Below, piece after piece: positions 51,051 to 60,065 of a stretch of DNA of 64,000 bases. Source of the stretch: Candidatus Hydrogenedentota bacterium (GTDB lineage Bacteria; Hydrogenedentota; Hydrogenedentia; Hydrogenedentales; SLHB01). Where the stretch lies: the NCBI GenBank assembly GCA_963668025.2, contig CAXXTH010000006.1:1-64000 (forward strand), written 5' to 3'. The translations under genes and the position numbers were made by a program. Position 1 is the first letter of the stretch; every line of letters begins with the position of its first letter. The notes under the pieces were generated by a model. The model saw only the letters and a program-made list of their open reading frames with translations, ran no database searches and was not told the DNA's origin.

Positions 51051-52942
51051 GTGTGCCAAGCATGGCGCGGATCTAAGGGGTGTAAGTCCCCTGCAAGCCC
51101 TGATGGTGGGAATTGCTAGCCAAGAGCAAGGGCGTCGCCGCGAGGCGGGGTCTGGAGGAAGCAGGAGGCAAAAGTCGGACTCGACGCACAGAAACCGGAT
51201 AGAAGGCCGGGGTGGCGGGGCAAGCCAGCAATGGATGGCGACGCCCAATAACCATTCGGACACACCTTGGTAAATCCGGCGAGGCCCGGCGGAAAGAGGC
51301 GCGTCTTACCTTGGGAGACCTGTTCATCTGTCTGGAAGAGCCAGACTAGCGGGATGGCAACATGTCGCGAGGGGTGGGCAGGAGTCAGCCGAGGCCATAA
51401 TACCCGCAAGGGGAAGGGCCGAATCGATCATTCAAGGAGCAGCATTGAACGTCTCGTGGGATAGGGAGCGGCAGGAAGTAGCAGGTTGCCAGATGGAGTT
51501 CCCACTGGAGTCGGCTTGCCACGGCGCAATCGGAGAAGGCGGAACCGAATCGGATGCGTTCGAGGCGCGGCAACTATTTCCGGCGGCGAACAAGAGGCGA
51601 GCCTTGACGCAAGACTTGATGGAACGGGTCGCGAGTCTTGCGAACCTGACGGAAGCGGTACGCCGGGTGCAACGGAACAAAGGCGCGGCGGGTGCGGACG
51701 GCATGAGCGTACGCGACCTGAAGCGTTGGTTTCCGGAACACTGGCGGGGACTGCAAGAGGAACTGACGGCAGGGCGCTACCGTCCCCAACCGGTGTTGGG
51801 AGTGCAAATCCCCAAGCCGGGCGGGGGGATGCGGCAACTGGGCATTCCGACGGTGGTGGACCGAGTCGTGCAACAAGCGCTCTTGCAGGCTCTCGAACCG
51901 CTTCTAGACCCGGCCTTCTCGGAAAGCAGTTATGGATTTCGTCCAAGGCACAATGCACATCAGGCGCTGCGGCAAGCCAGCACGTACGTAAGCGAAGGCC
52001 GCTGCATTGTTGTGGACATGGACCTGGAAAAATTCTTCGACCGGGTCAACCACGACATCCTGATGGCGCGCGTGGCGCGGCACGTGTCAGACAAACGCGT
52101 ACTCCGACTCATCCGCTGGTTTCTTGAAGTGGGCATGATGCAGAACGGCGTATGCATCGAACGATACGAAGGGACCCCGCAAGGCGGTCCTCTATCGCCG
52201 CTGCTGGCCAACCTGCTCTTGGACGACCTGGACAAGGAGTTGGAGAAACGAGGGCATCGTTTTTGCCGCTATGCGGACGACTGCAACATTTACGTGCAGA
52301 CGATACGCGCGGGAGAACGTGTCCTGACATCGGTCACGCAGTTCCTTGAGGGGAAGCTGAAACTACGGGTGAACCGCGAGAAGAGCGCGGTGGCGTTCGT
52401 GGGAGAGCGGAAATTTTTGGGTTATCGCTTGCTGGGTGGGGGGCGATTGGGCATCGCGCCCAAGAGCCTCGACCGGGCGAAAGACCGCATCCGCGACATC
52501 ACGCGACGCAACCGCGGCGACGCCAAAGTGCGCCAGATGATTGAGGAGCTCAACAGCTTCCTGAGCGGCTGGATAACCTACTATCGGTTTGCCGAAGCAA
52601 AGGGCCATCTGGAACGCCTCGGGGAATGGATGCGGCGCAAACTGCGCTGCGTCATCCTCAAACGCCTCAAGCGCACGAAAACCATAGCGGACTTCCTTAG
52701 AAAACTAGGCGTGCCGCAATTTCAGGCATGGATACTCGCAGGGTCCGGGAAGGGCTGGTGGCGCAAAGCGGGGAGTCCTCCCGCGCAACACGCCATGGAC
52801 AAACAATGGTTCGCGAAACAAAAACTGATAGACCCGGTTCAACGGTACGAAACGTTCAAAAATGACCGAAACCGCCGTGGTACCGAGCAGGTATGCCCGG
52901 TGGTGTGAGAGGGGGGGACCGTGAGGAACCCCCCTACTCGAT
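51051..52942 (+). mobile_element. Complete group II intron, class IIC-like (1892 nt)
   Basis: 5' GTGTG; DI 'ggggtgtaagtcccc'; DIII 'gtcagccgaggccataatac...gaagggccgaa'; short DV with CGC triad; DVI ending 'ctactcgAT'; located directly behind a terminator hairpin. Confidence 0.92.
51445..52908 (+). CDS. ltrA: Group II intron reverse transcriptase/maturase without endonuclease domain
   Basis: 'RQLGIPTVVDRVVQQA', 'SYGFRP', 'DLEKFFD', 'GTPQGGPLSPLL', 'RYADD', domain X; the start may instead be 51493. Confidence 0.95.
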   Translation: MNVSWDRERQEVAGCQMEFPLESACHGAIGEGGTESDAFEARQLFPAANKRRALTQDLMERVASLANLTEAVRRVQRNKGAAGADGMSVRDLKRWFPEHWRGLQEELTAGRYRPQPVLGVQIPKPGGGMRQLGIPTVVDRVVQQALLQALEPLLDPAFSESSYGFRPRHNAHQALRQASTYVSEGRCIVVDMDLEKFFDRVNHDILMARVARHVSDKRVLRLIRWFLEVGMMQNGVCIERYEGTPQGGPLSPLLANLLLDDLDKELEKRGHRFCRYADDCNIYVQTIRAGERVLTSVTQFLEGKLKLRVNREKSAVAFVGERKFLGYRLLGGGRLGIAPKSLDRAKDRIRDITRRNRGDAKVRQMIEELNSFLSGWITYYRFAEAKGHLERLGEWMRRKLRCVILKRLKRTKTIADFLRKLGVPQFQAWILAGSGKGWWRKAGSPPAQHAMDKQWFAKQKLIDPVQRYETFKNDRNRRGTEQVCPVV

Positions 52943-53041
52943 TGTCGCCGGAATACTCGCTTGATGTGAAAATACCGCGCCATGCCCTCCTAATGAGATG
53001 ACGAAATACTATACAAAACGGAAAAACTAATTAGAAAACAG

Positions 53042-53070
53042 TTGACATAAGCGGCATTTTGCCGTATACT
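53042..53070 (+). promoter_or_regulatory. Near-consensus sigma70 promoter
   Basis: TTGACA-17 nt-TATACT. Confidence 0.75.
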
Positions 53071-53182
53071 CGATTCGTACTTGGGAAACTGCTGCAAAGC
53101 ATAATGGAATTGCGTGGCGCGCAATTCGTCTCGTCTTCTGGCTGCATTTTGGCGAATTGCAGGCGCCAGCAGGTGTAGGTGC

Positions 53183-53743
53183 ATGGAATCTGGCGAACAA
53201 CATACCCACAAACCTCTATTTTCGATGAATGATCGAGGTGCGGTTCTTGTCAAGGATGAACCGTTTGCCCGCAGGCCGTTGCTGCGCGATGAAATCGTCT
53301 CCACGGGCGGGGGGCGGTTGTCGCATGGCGCGAAGGTCAAGCGAGGCCAGCTCAACGCCGTCCAGCAAGGGCGATACGGCACCGGGCCAGCGCCTTATGG
53401 CTACCGGCGCGGCCTGGAAGGCGAAAAGCCGCTCATCGTGGATGACCGCGAGGCGGAAGTCGTGCGCATGATTTTCCGGGAATATCTCCAAACGAGAAGC
53501 ACGGGAAAAGTGGTGAGCGCATTGCATACCCGGGGCATCATGACCCGAAAAGGGAACAAATGGTCCCGGCAAGCCATTAGCATTATCCTCTCCAACCGCA
53601 CATACCGAGGCAGGGTGACCTATGGCGATATTGAAACCCAAGGGCTTCATGATCCCATCATAGAACCGGCCTTGTTCTACAAAGCCAATGCGCTTCGAGA
53701 CCGGAAACGGCGCAAACGGCATGCTCCTTACACAACCGCCTAA
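53183..53743 (+). CDS. Stand-alone large-serine-recombinase DNA-binding (recombinase) domain protein
   Basis: 'GPAPYGY', 'EAEVVRMIF', 'WSRQAISIILSNRTYRG', 'HDPII'; no resolvase catalytic domain, no Zn ribbon. Confidence 0.8.
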   Translation: MESGEQHTHKPLFSMNDRGAVLVKDEPFARRPLLRDEIVSTGGGRLSHGAKVKRGQLNAVQQGRYGTGPAPYGYRRGLEGEKPLIVDDREAEVVRMIFREYLQTRSTGKVVSALHTRGIMTRKGNKWSRQAISIILSNRTYRGRVTYGDIETQGLHDPIIEPALFYKANALRDRKRRKRHAPYTTA

Positions 53744-53792
53744 GGGGCGGATATCGGGTTCAGTTGATGATACCGAGATGCCGTAAGGAGGC

Positions 53793-53922
53793 GTCCCAAC
53801 GGGACATCCCACCATAGCCCAGGGGCTGGCCGCCGCCCGAAGGGCAAGGGAGCCCCTGGGTATGGATGAATCCTTGAATTGCCCTGTAAGGGCATCCCAA
53901 AACGGTCCGCCCCGTGCGGGCC
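53793..53922. repeat. Multi-hairpin REP-like element (family B)
   Basis: gtcccaacgggac; ccatagcccaggggct...agcccctgggtatgg; gccctgtaagggc; ggtccgc...gcgggcc. Confidence 0.65.
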
Positions 53923-53959
53923 TGAACACTTTACAAGGACCATCAATAGGGGATTTCCC

Positions 53960-54634
53960 ATGCGATTCGTGGTGACTACGGAGAAGGATCCATATTATTT
54001 TCAAACGTTTGAGCTACTGCTGTGTCTGGACAAAGTAGGAGTCTTGTGTGCATGGCAACACATGGGGTGCATAAGAGGATACTTCCGAAAAGTCATCGAG
54101 AACAACAAGGAATACTATGGCCCTGAAAAAATGGGATGGGACACTATTTGGGACACGCATATTGACATGGAAGATGTCTCCTTCAAAATGAGGAATTATT
54201 CCGATTTCGTCCCTACTGCAATACGGCGCTGTGGCATGCGAATCTTCGTGGTTCCCTCCGGCGTCCGCCCCCCGAGCCCAAGAAATGAGCCCGCAATCGA
54301 TGCTTTGTTGAACGACCACTCGGGAGAGCGCAAGTGGCCCTTTGGAAACGCAGAACCGCCGGATTACATACGCGAGCGCAAGATCCTCGAAGATGGAGAA
54401 ACAGAGAACATACGCTGTTTGGATGTGGCTTCCTTCTGCAACGTCGATGATGTCGAGTTATATATAACTCTAGATGAGCACGCAAAAATAAACGCCGGTG
54501 TTTCCAGGTTGAAAAGCGGGAAGTCCGACGTTTTCTCCGTCCGTGATGAGGGACTCGAAGGCCAGCCTTATCGGCGCAGGCGGCTGACCGTCATACGCTG
54601 CGAAGGGGAGCTGCCCTCCTGGGCCATCACCTGA
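53960..54634 (+). CDS. Hypothetical protein
   Basis: Open frame starting MRFVV after AGGGA; no recognisable motif. Confidence 0.55.
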   Translation: MRFVVTTEKDPYYFQTFELLLCLDKVGVLCAWQHMGCIRGYFRKVIENNKEYYGPEKMGWDTIWDTHIDMEDVSFKMRNYSDFVPTAIRRCGMRIFVVPSGVRPPSPRNEPAIDALLNDHSGERKWPFGNAEPPDYIRERKILEDGETENIRCLDVASFCNVDDVELYITLDEHAKINAGVSRLKSGKSDVFSVRDEGLEGQPYRRRRLTVIRCEGELPSWAIT

Positions 54635-54737
54635 CTGCGGCCGCCATTGGCAAGGCTATCACATTTGAAACAAGAGGTGCAGGAGACACGCAATGATCCC
54701 AAATCGCCGGACAAGAGAGAAAAAGTTGCGCACTCCG

Positions 54738-54787
54738 CGTAGCATGGGCGTCCCGCCCATGCGCATGGCCGGGACGGCCATGCCACG
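54738..54787. repeat. Family-A REP-like element, inverted orientation
   Basis: cgtagcatgggcgtcccgcccatgcgcatggccgggacggccatgccacg. Confidence 0.85.
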
Positions 54788-54894
54788 AGAATGGTCCTTT
54801 TACGAAAATGAAAAGGGCGGCGATATGCGGTCGAGGGGCGTTTCGCCGGTTGCATCTTCCGGCAATTTCATGCTACATTCCTTCCGGCTTCGGT

Positions 54895-54985
54895 GGAGAG
54901 GTGACCGAGTGGCTGAAGGTGGCGCCCTGCTAAGGCGTTGTACGCCAAAAGTGTACCCCGGGTTCGAATCCCGGCCTCTCCGCCA
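54895..54985 (+). tRNA. tRNA-Ser(GCT)
   Basis: GGAGAGG/CCTCTCC acceptor; GCGCC-CTGCTAA-GGCGT; long variable arm; CCA. Confidence 0.96.
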
Positions 54986-54998
54986 TATATGTATTTTC

Positions 54999-55032
54999 CC
55001 TGGAAACAGCTTGTTTCCAGGTTCTTTTTTTT
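54999..55032 (+). terminator. Rho-independent terminator after tRNA-Ser
   Basis: cctggaaaca/tgtttccagg stem plus T run. Confidence 0.85.
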
Positions 55033-55089
55033 ATAACGATTCCCTTGACAGGCCGTAAAAGGCATGGCACAGTAAGGGCACATCGGAAA

Positions 55090-55169
55090 GCTGGCCGTGA
55101 CTGGCGACGTAGCGTGGAGAAAAACCACGGGGAAGCGGCTGGCAAGGAAGTATGCCGTTCGCCTGGGCG
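55090..55169 (+). promoter_or_regulatory. ZMP/ZTP (pfl) riboswitch
   Basis: P1 gctggccg/cggctggc, 'GTGACTGGCGA', P2 cgtgg/ccacg, 'GGGAAGCG', P3 'GCCGttCGCCTGGGC'; promoter TTGACA(55045)-17-CACAGT upstream. Confidence 0.88.
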
Positions 55170-55251
55170 CTGGAATGAATGCCGCAAGTACGTGGATTCG
55201 TTCCAGAACTGCGCGAGGTTTATTGCTCGCGCTGGAAGGCCAGGAGGCGTT

Positions 55252-56325
55252 ATGCGGCGAACACCACTTCAAGGTGAGCACCTAGCTCGCGGCGGGAAAC
55301 TGGTGGACTTTCACGGATGGGAGCTTCCGCTCCAGTTTGCCGGGATTGTGCAGGAACATCATCACACCCGTGCGAAGGTTTCCCTGTTCGATTGCTCGCA
55401 CATGGGGGAAATCCTCGTGCGTGGCGCGGATGCGATTGCCAAGTACGACCGGCTAGTCATATCGGATGTGCGGGCCATTAGGCCGGGCCGGGGCCGGTAT
55501 GGCGCTATTTTGAACAGCGCGGGGAAGATCATCGACGATATCATCACCATTCGCCTGGGCGAAGATGAGGTCTTGGCTGTGACGAACGCGGGGCCTCTCG
55601 AACAGGTGGCCGCTTTGCTCACGCAAGAGAATCCGGGCGCGGCGGATATATCGGACGATACGGCGAAGATTGATGTGCAAGGCCCTGGCGCGTGTGCGGC
55701 GATGCTCCATGCAGGCATCCCGGAAGCGGAACGGTTGCGGTATTTTGAGGCTTGCAGAACCCAATGGCGGGGCCGGAGCATCATCCTCTCGCGGATGGGG
55801 TATACCGGCGAATTGGGATACGAATTGTATATCGATAATGATTTGGCGGCCCCGCTTTGGCGGGCATTGCTGGAATACGAAGGGGTGGCGCCCGCTGGGC
55901 TTGGAGCCCGGGATACGCTGCGGCTCGAGATGGGCTATTCGCTCTCTGGCCAGGATATTGATGAAACGCACACGCCTCTCGAGGCGGGGCATGCGGGTTA
56001 TGTCGCTTGGGATACGGAGTTTGTTGGGAAAGAGGCCCTGCTTGCCCAGCGTGAGGCGGGAGGGTATTCTGTACTCACTCCGATTCGCACGCTTGACAGG
56101 CGGTCGCCGCGCCATGGCTTCGAGGTCTATGCGCCGGAGGAAGGTGCCATAGGCGGGATTACCAGCGGCACCTTTGGGCCAAGCGTTTGCCATGGCATCG
56201 GCTTGGCCTATTTGCCACAAAAATGGAGTGTTCCCGGGAACCGGCTTGCCGCCGGACCGCGGGGTTTAATCATTGAAACAGCGGAATTGCCTTTTTACAC
56301 CCACGGCACATGCAGGAATGGATGA
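55252..56325 (+). CDS. gcvT: Glycine cleavage system T protein
   Basis: 'LFDCSHMG', 'GYTGELGYE', 'GLGARDTLRLEMG'; start refined after AGGAGG. Confidence 0.96.
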   Translation: MRRTPLQGEHLARGGKLVDFHGWELPLQFAGIVQEHHHTRAKVSLFDCSHMGEILVRGADAIAKYDRLVISDVRAIRPGRGRYGAILNSAGKIIDDIITIRLGEDEVLAVTNAGPLEQVAALLTQENPGAADISDDTAKIDVQGPGACAAMLHAGIPEAERLRYFEACRTQWRGRSIILSRMGYTGELGYELYIDNDLAAPLWRALLEYEGVAPAGLGARDTLRLEMGYSLSGQDIDETHTPLEAGHAGYVAWDTEFVGKEALLAQREAGGYSVLTPIRTLDRRSPRHGFEVYAPEEGAIGGITSGTFGPSVCHGIGLAYLPQKWSVPGNRLAAGPRGLIIETAELPFYTHGTCRNG

Positions 56326-56336
56326 GGAGGGAGGAT

Positions 56337-56723
56337 ATGTATCCAGATGATCTACTCTACACGGAAGACCACGAGTGGATTCGCGACGATGGCGGCGAGT
56401 ATGTCGTAGGCATCACCGCCTATGCCACGGAACAACTCGGCGATGTGACTTTCGTGGAGCTCCCCGAAGTCGGCACGGACGCGGGCAAGGGTGAAGCGGT
56501 CGCCACGGTGGAATCCGTGAAGGCGGCCAGCGACATTTATGCCCCCGTATCGGGCCATATTTTCGAGGTGAACGACGCGCTCGAGGCGGAGCCGGAATTG
56601 GTGAATCAAGACCCCTATGGCCATGGCTGGTTCTTCAAGCTTGAAAAAGTGAAGGCCTCGGAAATGAAGAAACTCATGGCCGCGGACGCCTATGCCGCGT
56701 ATGTGGAAGGGCAGAAAGAATGA
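56337..56723 (+). CDS. gcvH: Glycine cleavage system H protein
   Basis: 'HEWIR', lipoyl motif 'VESVKAASDIYAP', 'DPYGHGW'. Confidence 0.97.
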   Translation: MYPDDLLYTEDHEWIRDDGGEYVVGITAYATEQLGDVTFVELPEVGTDAGKGEAVATVESVKAASDIYAPVSGHIFEVNDALEAEPELVNQDPYGHGWFFKLEKVKASEMKKLMAADAYAAYVEGQKE

Positions 56724-58015
56724 CCTGGGTCCCTACGACCCCTCGAGAGCAGGAAGAAATGCTTGCCGCTATCGGCGTCCGGCATATGGACGAGCTCTTC
56801 GAGGCGATACCTACCGGGCTCCGGGCGCCAGTAATGGATTTGCCGGGCTTGTCGGAGATGGCCGTGCGGCGGCATATGGCCAGCCTTGCCCAGTGTAATG
56901 ATGCGGGGCTTGCCAGTTTTCTGGGCGGCGGGTATTACGACCATTTCATTCCTGCCGCAGTGGACGCCTTGAGCGGCCGGGGCGAGTTTTATACGGCATA
57001 TACGCCCTATCAGCCGGAATGCGCCCAGGGCACGCTGCAAGCCATTTACGAATACCAGTCGGCTATTTGCCGGCTCACGAACATGGAATTCGCCAATGCG
57101 TCGCTGTACGATGGCGGCACGGCGGTCTTTGAAGCAGCCGCCATGTCCGTGCGCATCACCCGGCGCAAACGCATTGTGTGCCACGAATCGCTCCATCCGT
57201 TCTACCGCCGCATGCTGGAAACGCACGCGGCCAATCTCGGCCTGGATATCATCACGGGCGGCGAGCCTGCGGACGCCGCATGTGTTATCGTGCAAAATCC
57301 GGCGTTTCTGGGCACGGTATGTGACTACACGGAACTCGCGGAGCGCTGCCATAACGCGGGAGCGCTATGTGTGGTGTCTTTTTATCCTACCTCGCTGGGG
57401 CTATTGAAAACGCCGGGCGATATGGGAGCGGATATCGCCGTGGCGGAAGGCCAGGGGCTTGGCATTCCGCTGGGATTTGGCGGACCGTATCTGGGCGTCA
57501 TGGCGGTGCGCAAGGAACATGTGCGCAAAATGCCTGGGCGCATTGTCGCGGCGACCGCGGACGCCTCGGGGCGTACGGGCTATGTGCTTACCCTGCAAGC
57601 CCGCGAGCAGCACATTCGCCGGGAAAAGGCGATGTCCAACATTTGCTCGAACGAGGCCTTGTGTGCGTTGCGGGCGTTGATCTATCTGTGCCTGCTCGGC
57701 AAGGAAGGCTTGCGCGAAGTAGCTATCCATTGCCATTCGAAGGCCGAATACCTCAAGGCCGCCATAGCGCCTTTCGCCGCCGTGCTTAATGATGGACCCA
57801 CATTCAACGAGTTCGCTGTGCGCCTTCCCAAAGATGCGGAAGCGGTAGTGCGCCAAATGGCCCAGCGGGGATTTGCTGCAGGGCTGCCGCTGGCGTCCAT
57901 GGGTGCGGGAGAAGCGGGCGCTCTGCTTATCGCCGTGACGGAGAAGCGGACGCGGGAAGAGCTGGATCAATACGCCCAGGCGCTCCAGGAGGTTTGCGAT
58001 GCCGTTGATTTTTGA
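56720..58015 (+). CDS. gcvPA: Glycine dehydrogenase subunit 1
   Basis: 'TAYTPYQPE', 'NASLYDG', 'REQHIRREKA.SNICSN'. Confidence 0.96.
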   Translation: MTWVPTTPREQEEMLAAIGVRHMDELFEAIPTGLRAPVMDLPGLSEMAVRRHMASLAQCNDAGLASFLGGGYYDHFIPAAVDALSGRGEFYTAYTPYQPECAQGTLQAIYEYQSAICRLTNMEFANASLYDGGTAVFEAAAMSVRITRRKRIVCHESLHPFYRRMLETHAANLGLDIITGGEPADAACVIVQNPAFLGTVCDYTELAERCHNAGALCVVSFYPTSLGLLKTPGDMGADIAVAEGQGLGIPLGFGGPYLGVMAVRKEHVRKMPGRIVAATADASGRTGYVLTLQAREQHIRREKAMSNICSNEALCALRALIYLCLLGKEGLREVAIHCHSKAEYLKAAIAPFAAVLNDGPTFNEFAVRLPKDAEAVVRQMAQRGFAAGLPLASMGAGEAGALLIAVTEKRTREELDQYAQALQEVCDAVDF

Positions 58016-59432
58016 GAAGTCCCGCCCGGGCCGCCGTGGTATTGTTCTGGATGCCTTGGATGTGCCGATGGCGGAGTTCCCCAAGGCGCTGGCGCGCCAG
58101 GAAGACGCCGCGCTGCCGGAAGTGAGCGAACTCGATGTGGTGCGCCATTTCTCGAATCTTTCCCGTCTGAATTTTGGCGTGGACACCCATTTCTATCCTC
58201 TCGGCTCATGCACGATGAAGTACAATCCGAAATTCGCCGAGGCGGTGGCGGCGGAGCCGAATTTCGCGCAGTTGCATCCCCACCTCAGCACATGCCCCGC
58301 GTATTGGCCGATGTGCCAAGGGGCCTTCGAACTGATTTATAGGACGGAATCCCTGCTGGCGGAGATCGCGGGCATGCGGGCCGCATGCCTTCAGCCCATT
58401 GCAGGCGCACATGGCGAATTAACGGGCGCGCTGCTGATCGCGGCCTACCATCGCGCGAAGGGCAATCAAAAAAACATCATATTAATTCCTAACTCGGCCC
58501 ACGGCACGAATCCCGCCAGTGCGGCCATCGCGGGCTTTGAAGTAAAGCAGGTGCCTTCCCGTGAAGATGGCACGCTTGATGTAGAAGCCTTCAAAAAGGC
58601 GCTGGATGCATCCGTAGCGGGCGTCATGATGACCTGCCCGAACACGCATGGACTCTTCGAGCCTGCCGTGGCGGAGATTGCCGCCATGGCCCACGCGGTG
58701 GACGCCCTCATGTATTACGATGGCGCGAATTTGAACGCCATTGTCGGGCGCTGCCGTCCGGGGGATTTGGGCTTCGATGTGATGCACTACAATCTGCACA
58801 AAACCTTCGCCACGCCACATGGCATGGGAGGCCCTGGTTCGGGTCCGGTCGGCGTTGCGGAACGCTTGCTGCCCTATTTGCCTGGGCCGCGCGTCGTGAA
58901 AACAGACGAAGGCTTTGGCCTCGAATGGCCTGAAAAGAGCATAGGTAAGATCGCGGCATTCTTCGGAAACTTCATGATCGCCTTGCGGGCCTATGCCTAT
59001 ATCCGGGCATTGGGCGCGGAAGGCTTGCGCGGCGTGTCAGGGAACGCGGTGCTCAACGCCAACTATATTCATACGCGCCTGAAGGATGCGTATGCGTCCG
59101 CTTTCAACGGCCGCTTCATGCATGAATGCGTTTTTTCGGCTACGCCTCAAGCCAAACGCGGCGCGAGAGCTCTCGATATCGCGAAGGCCCTGCTCGACCA
59201 AGGTTTCCATGCGCCCACGATCTACTTCCCATTGACGGTGAAGGAAAGCATCATGATCGAGCCTACGGAAACGGAGTCGAAGGAGACCCTCGACGCCTTC
59301 TGCGACGCCATGCTCGAGATCGCCCGTCGCATCGAGGAAGAGGGTGAAAACTTCGCCAGCGCACCCGAGAAGACTCCTGTAGGCCGTCTGGATGAAGTGC
59401 GCGCTGCGAAGGAACTGAACTGCTCCTGCTGA
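57999..59432 (+). CDS. gcvPB: Glycine dehydrogenase subunit 2
   Basis: 'PLGSCTMKYNP', 'SAHGTNPASA', PLP site 'NLHKTF'. Confidence 0.96.
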   Translation: MPLIFEKSRPGRRGIVLDALDVPMAEFPKALARQEDAALPEVSELDVVRHFSNLSRLNFGVDTHFYPLGSCTMKYNPKFAEAVAAEPNFAQLHPHLSTCPAYWPMCQGAFELIYRTESLLAEIAGMRAACLQPIAGAHGELTGALLIAAYHRAKGNQKNIILIPNSAHGTNPASAAIAGFEVKQVPSREDGTLDVEAFKKALDASVAGVMMTCPNTHGLFEPAVAEIAAMAHAVDALMYYDGANLNAIVGRCRPGDLGFDVMHYNLHKTFATPHGMGGPGSGPVGVAERLLPYLPGPRVVKTDEGFGLEWPEKSIGKIAAFFGNFMIALRAYAYIRALGAEGLRGVSGNAVLNANYIHTRLKDAYASAFNGRFMHECVFSATPQAKRGARALDIAKALLDQGFHAPTIYFPLTVKESIMIEPTETESKETLDAFCDAMLEIARRIEEEGENFASAPEKTPVGRLDEVRAAKELNCSC

Positions 59433-59450
59433 CAATGGCTGGAAATACTA

Positions 59451-60047
59451 GTCGTAGCATGGCCGTCCCGGCCATGCGCATGGGCGAGACGCCCATGCCA
59501 CGAACGTTATGCAGTTGCGTCTTTTCCTGAGCAGGTGTAGAGTCTTTCCTAGAGCGGTGTAGGATTGTATGCCGCGACGTGGCGTTCATCGCGTGGCATA
59601 GTTCCAAGTCTGTCCTAGCATGGCCGTCCCGGCCATGTGCATGGGCGGAGACGCCCATGCTACGAGCCAAAAGGTTGTTGCGTCTTTTCCTGAGTAGGCG
59701 TAGAGTCTTTTCTAGAGCGGTGTAGGATTGTATGCCGCGATGCAGCGCTCATCGCGTGGCATAGTTCCAAGTCTGTCGTAGCATGGCCGTCCGGGCCATG
59801 CGCATGGGCGAGACGCCCATGCTACGAGCCAAAAGGTTGTTGCGTCTTTTCCTGAGTTGGCGTAGAGTCTTGTCTAGAGCGGTGTAGGATTGTATACCGC
59901 GACGCGGCGCTCATCGCGTGGCATAGTTCCAAGTCAATTTTGACTGTTGTGGCATGGCCGTCCCGGCCATGTGCATGGGCGAGACGCCCATGCTACGGGA
60001 GAGTAAAATACATTTGCTTTGTTGCCGCCAATCTTGAACCGCTCTAG
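59451..60047. repeat. Composite tandem array: four family-A REPs separated by three near-identical ~110-nt linkers carrying a CTAG-ended TIR
   Basis: REPs start at 59451, 59612, 59775, 59946; ctagagcggtgtaggattg at 59549, 59712, 59874; complementary caatcttgaaccgctctag at 60029-60047. Confidence 0.9.
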
Positions 60048-60065
60048 AGACAGGGGAGGCTGGGC

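Noticed and set aside
51445-52908. Retron, DGR or defence-associated RT
   Set aside because: Group II intron RNA domains and both splice boundaries are present. The 29-31 kb paralog differences do not look adenine-specific, so they are not a DGR TR/VR pair.
53183-54985. Prophage or island integrated at tRNA-Ser
   Set aside because: The recombinase lacks a catalytic domain, lies 5' of the tRNA, and I saw no duplicated tRNA end or phage genes.
55080-55250. Glycine riboswitch before gcvT
   Set aside because: No GGAGA/CCGAAG/CTCTCAGG signatures; the sequence fits the ZTP motif instead.
59451-59997. CRISPR array
   Set aside because: The would-be spacers are about 110 nt and nearly identical to each other, the repeat occurs singly elsewhere, and there are no cas genes.
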